A stretch of DNA of 32,000 nt from Candidatus Karelsulcia muelleri PSPU (GTDB taxonomy: Bacteria > Bacteroidota > Bacteroidia > Flavobacteriales > Blattabacteriaceae): contig NZ_AP013293.1 in the NCBI RefSeq assembly GCF_000829155.1, positions 120,001 through 152,000 of the forward strand, written 5' to 3'. How positions within the stretch are numbered: the first letter of the stretch is position 1; every line of letters starts with the position of its first letter. A program made the translations under genes and the position numbers. Below the pieces are notes generated by a model that saw nothing but the letters and a program-made list of their open reading frames with translations, did not search any database and was not told where the DNA came from. Below, one piece after another: positions 29,374 to 32,000 of this stretch.

Positions 29374-30684
29374 ATGTTTTATAAGACATATTTTATAAAA
29401 TATATAAAAAAAAAATTTAATTTAAAAAATAAAAAAATATACGTATCAGTTAGTTCTGGATTAGATAGTATGGTTCTGTTAGATGTTCTTATGAAAATAT
29501 GTAATATTCCAATTTGTGTAATACATTGTAATTTTAAACTAAGAGGTAATGATTCTGATAAAGATGAATTGTTTATACAAGAATTTTGTTTAAAAAACAA
29601 TATTTTTTTTAAATCTAAAAAGTTTAATACAATTAATAGTAATAGTCATTTTTCAATACAAATGATGGCTAGAAAATTTAGATATGATTGGTTTAAATAT
29701 TTATTAAATAATTCATATTGTGATTATATAGCTTTAGGGCATAATTTAGATGATTCAATAGAAACTTTTTTTATTAATATTATTAGAGGTACTGGCATAA
29801 AAGGCTTAATAGGAATTAAGAATTTTAACAAAAAAATTATTAGACCTTTATATTTTTTTCTTAAAAAAGAAATAATATCATATGCGAATGAAAATAATAT
29901 TAAATGGCGTGAAGATATTAGTAATTATGATCATAAATATTTAAGAAATAGAATTAGATTTTTTTTAAAACCAATTTTAGATTATAAATTTTATAATGGA
30001 TTTAAAAAATCTATAAAATATTTATATGATGAATATGTATGTTCTAAAAAACATATTTCTTATCTTTATAAGATAATAACAATTGAAAAAAAAATATACC
30101 CATTTTTAGTTAAAATAGATATAAAAAAATTATTAAAATTATATCCACTTTCGACATATTTATTTAAAATATTTTATAAATATGGATTTAATAATACTAA
30201 AAATTTAAAAAAAATTTTAAATTCTAAATCAGGTAAAAAAATATTTTCAAAAAAATATTGTCTTATAAAAGAGAGAACTACTTTATTATTAGTAGAAAAT
30301 AATATTAATTTTATAAAAAAAAATTATTATATACATAATATAGATACGATTAAAATTCCTTTTTTTATATATTTTTTTCTTTCTGAAAGAAAAAAAAAAA
30401 AATCATATACATCTTTAGATTTTGATAAATTAATTTTTCCATTAAAATTAAGAAATTGTAAAAAAGGTGATAGATTAAATAAAATTGGTATGAAAGGCAA
30501 TAAAAAATTAAGTAAATATTTTAAAGAAAAAAAAATTTCTATTGTTGATAAAACAAATATTTGGGTACTTATTAATGGGGATAAAAAAATAATATGTATT
30601 ATATATGAACGTTTTGAATGTTTAGATAAAAATTTTAAAATTACAAATTTTACAAAAAAAGTTTTAAATTTAAAAAAGCAATAG
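29374..30684 (+). CDS. tilS: tRNA(Ile)-lysidine synthase TilS
   Basis: SVSSGLDSMVLLDVL, VIHCNFKLRG-DSDKDELFIQEFC, ALGHNLDDSIETFFINIIRGTGIKGL, RPLYFFLKKEI, REDISNYDHKYLRNRIR. Confidence 0.93.
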   Translation: MFYKTYFIKYIKKKFNLKNKKIYVSVSSGLDSMVLLDVLMKICNIPICVIHCNFKLRGNDSDKDELFIQEFCLKNNIFFKSKKFNTINSNSHFSIQMMARKFRYDWFKYLLNNSYCDYIALGHNLDDSIETFFINIIRGTGIKGLIGIKNFNKKIIRPLYFFLKKEIISYANENNIKWREDISNYDHKYLRNRIRFFLKPILDYKFYNGFKKSIKYLYDEYVCSKKHISYLYKIITIEKKIYPFLVKIDIKKLLKLYPLSTYLFKIFYKYGFNNTKNLKKILNSKSGKKIFSKKYCLIKERTTLLLVENNINFIKKNYYIHNIDTIKIPFFIYFFLSERKKKKSYTSLDFDKLIFPLKLRNCKKGDRLNKIGMKGNKKLSKYFKEKKISIVDKTNIWVLINGDKKIICIIYERFECLDKNFKITNFTKKVLNLKKQ

Positions 30685-30715
30685 TTAAAATTTTTTTTTT
30701 ATATTATAAAAAAAT

Positions 30716-31300
30716 ATGTATTATTTTATAAATACAGCTAATTTAGCTAAAATTAAAGAAGCAGAAAATTTAGGTATATTAGATGGAGTTAATACTAATA
30801 CTTCTTTAATAGTTAAAGAAGGTATAATAAAAAAAAATGATAGATATAGTCATTATAAAAATATTTGCAATATTATCTCAGGAGATTTAAATGCAGATGT
30901 AATATCTACAGATTATAATGATATAATAAAAGAAGGAGAATTTTTATCTAATTTAGATAAAAAAATTATAGTAAAAGTACCTCTGACAAGAGATGGTATT
31001 AAAGCAATAAAATATTTTTCTATTAAAAAAATTAAAACTAATTGTACTTTAGTATTTTCTACAGGTCAAGCATTGTTAGCTGCTAAGGCAGGTGCTAATT
31101 ATATTTCTATTTTTATTGGTCGTTTATATAACACAAATATTATAAAAGAAATAAAACTAATTTATGATAATTATTTTTTTAAAACTAAAATATTAGTTAC
31201 TTCAATTATAAATACTTTCCATATAATATCATGTGCAAAAATAGGTATAGATATAATTACAGCTCCTTTAAATGAAATTAAATTATTATTAAATAATTAA
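30716..31300 (+). CDS. tal: Short transaldolase / fructose-6-phosphate aldolase-like (TalC/FSA family), slightly truncated
   Basis: YYFINTANLAKIKEAENLGILDGVNTNTSLIVKEG, KVPLTRDGIKAIKYFSIKKIKTNCTLVFSTGQALLAAKAGANYISIFIGRLY resemble the TalC consensus. Confidence 0.88.
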   Translation: MYYFINTANLAKIKEAENLGILDGVNTNTSLIVKEGIIKKNDRYSHYKNICNIISGDLNADVISTDYNDIIKEGEFLSNLDKKIIVKVPLTRDGIKAIKYFSIKKIKTNCTLVFSTGQALLAAKAGANYISIFIGRLYNTNIIKEIKLIYDNYFFKTKILVTSIINTFHIISCAKIGIDIITAPLNEIKLLLNN

Positions 31301-31305
31301 TGGCT

Positions 31306-32000
31306 TTAATAAGATTTAGCAAAAAGAACACGTTGTTTAGATAAATTTTTTGAAAATATACATTTTCCCATATTTTTTTTTAAATTTATTGGTATGCAAC
31401 GTATTGTAGCATTTGTTTCAACTTTTATTTTTGTTTCTGTTTCAGACGAACCATCCCAATGAGCAAATAAAAATCCACTATTTTTTTTTATTTTTTCTAT
31501 AAATTCTTCATAAGAATCTACTTCTATTAAAAAATTATTTTTTCTTTTAAGAGCTACTTTCAAAATGTTATCTTGAATTTTAGATAAAATTTTTGGAATT
31601 AAAAATTTTAATTTATTAATACTAATATATTTTTTTTCAAGTGTATCCCTTCTTACAACTTCTACAGTTCCTCTATCTATATCTTTTTTTCCTATAGTTA
31701 TTCTTATAGGAATGCCTTTTATTTCATATTCATTAAATTTCCATCCTGGAGTATAATAAATTCTTTTATCATATTTTATATTTATACCTATTTTTTCAAG
31801 AAATTTTTTTAATGGAAATACAAGTTTTTCTATTAAATTAAGTTGTTCTTGAGTTTTATAAACTGGAATAATTACTATTTGTATTGGAGCAATTTTAGGT
31901 GGTAATATTAAACCATTATCATCTGAATGTGTCATAATAATAGCGCCAATTAATCTTGTTGAGATTCCCCATGATGTAGCCCACACATACTCTTTATTTC
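31306..32000 (-). CDS. proS: Prolyl-tRNA synthetase (eukaryote/archaea-like type), N-terminus beyond the window
   Basis: MWATSWGISTRLIGAIIMTHSDDNGLILPPKIAPIQIVIIPVYK...GIPIRITIGKKDIDRGTVEVVRRDT...C-terminal SKQRVLFAKSY. The frame stays open past the track's internal Met at 31986 to the window edge. Confidence 0.95.
   Translation of the reverse strand, partial: NKEYVWATSWGISTRLIGAIIMTHSDDNGLILPPKIAPIQIVIIPVYKTQEQLNLIEKLVFPLKKFLEKIGINIKYDKRIYYTPGWKFNEYEIKGIPIRITIGKKDIDRGTVEVVRRDTLEKKYISINKLKFLIPKILSKIQDNILKVALKRKNNFLIEVDSYEEFIEKIKKNSGFLFAHWDGSSETETKIKVETNATIRCIPINLKKNMGKCIFSKNLSKQRVLFAKSY

Noticed and set aside
29379-29600. Minus-strand ORF of 73 aa antisense to tilS
   Set aside because: Overlaps the tilS PP-loop region, which is conserved on the plus strand.
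31306-32000. MWATSWG... as the N-terminus of a short 226-aa protein
   Set aside because: This is an internal Met of ProS; the frame is open upstream to the window edge and the motif is internal in ProS.
1-32000. CRISPR arrays, IS elements, prophage, toxin-antitoxin or defence systems
   Set aside because: I found no spaced repeat arrays, transposase or integrase motifs, or unexplained multi-gene islands; intergenic spaces are short and AT-rich.

Overview
This is a very AT-rich, gene-dense chromosomal segment. The proteins look like those of a reduced Flavobacteriales/Bacteroidota insect endosymbiont (Sulcia/Blattabacterium/Uzinura/Walczuchella-like); this placement is inferred from gene order and protein character, not from a search. 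Order: mnmA (partial, -), dnaJ (-), grpE (-), a divergent AT-rich gap, rny-like, lpd, dnaB, an M42 peptidase-like gene, pta, ackA, mnmE, uvrD/pcrA, tRNA-Val, dnaE with an N-terminal exonuclease domain, a long arginine/carbamoyl-phosphate cluster (GNAT-argG fusion, argC, argD, carA, carB, argF'-type transcarbamylase, argB, argE), tRNA-Asp, tRNA-Lys (-), aroK, tilS, a short transaldolase and proS (partial, -). I see no mobile elements, CRISPR, toxin-antitoxin or defence cassettes, and no convincing new multi-gene system. The most interesting signals are selective losses of active-site or metal-site residues inside otherwise intact ORFs: an M42 pseudo-peptidase, DnaJ missing one of its two zinc centres, and a vestigial PHP site in DnaE. 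Others are a GNAT-ArgG fusion, N-acylornithine-type ArgF routing, an N-terminally reduced RNase Y with no standard start codon, a 9-bp repeat read in two frames at the ackA/mnmE junction, 16-17 nt poly-A runs inside conserved genes, and phased A-tracts in the only sizeable divergent gap. Family motif comparisons are from memory and should be confirmed by alignment.
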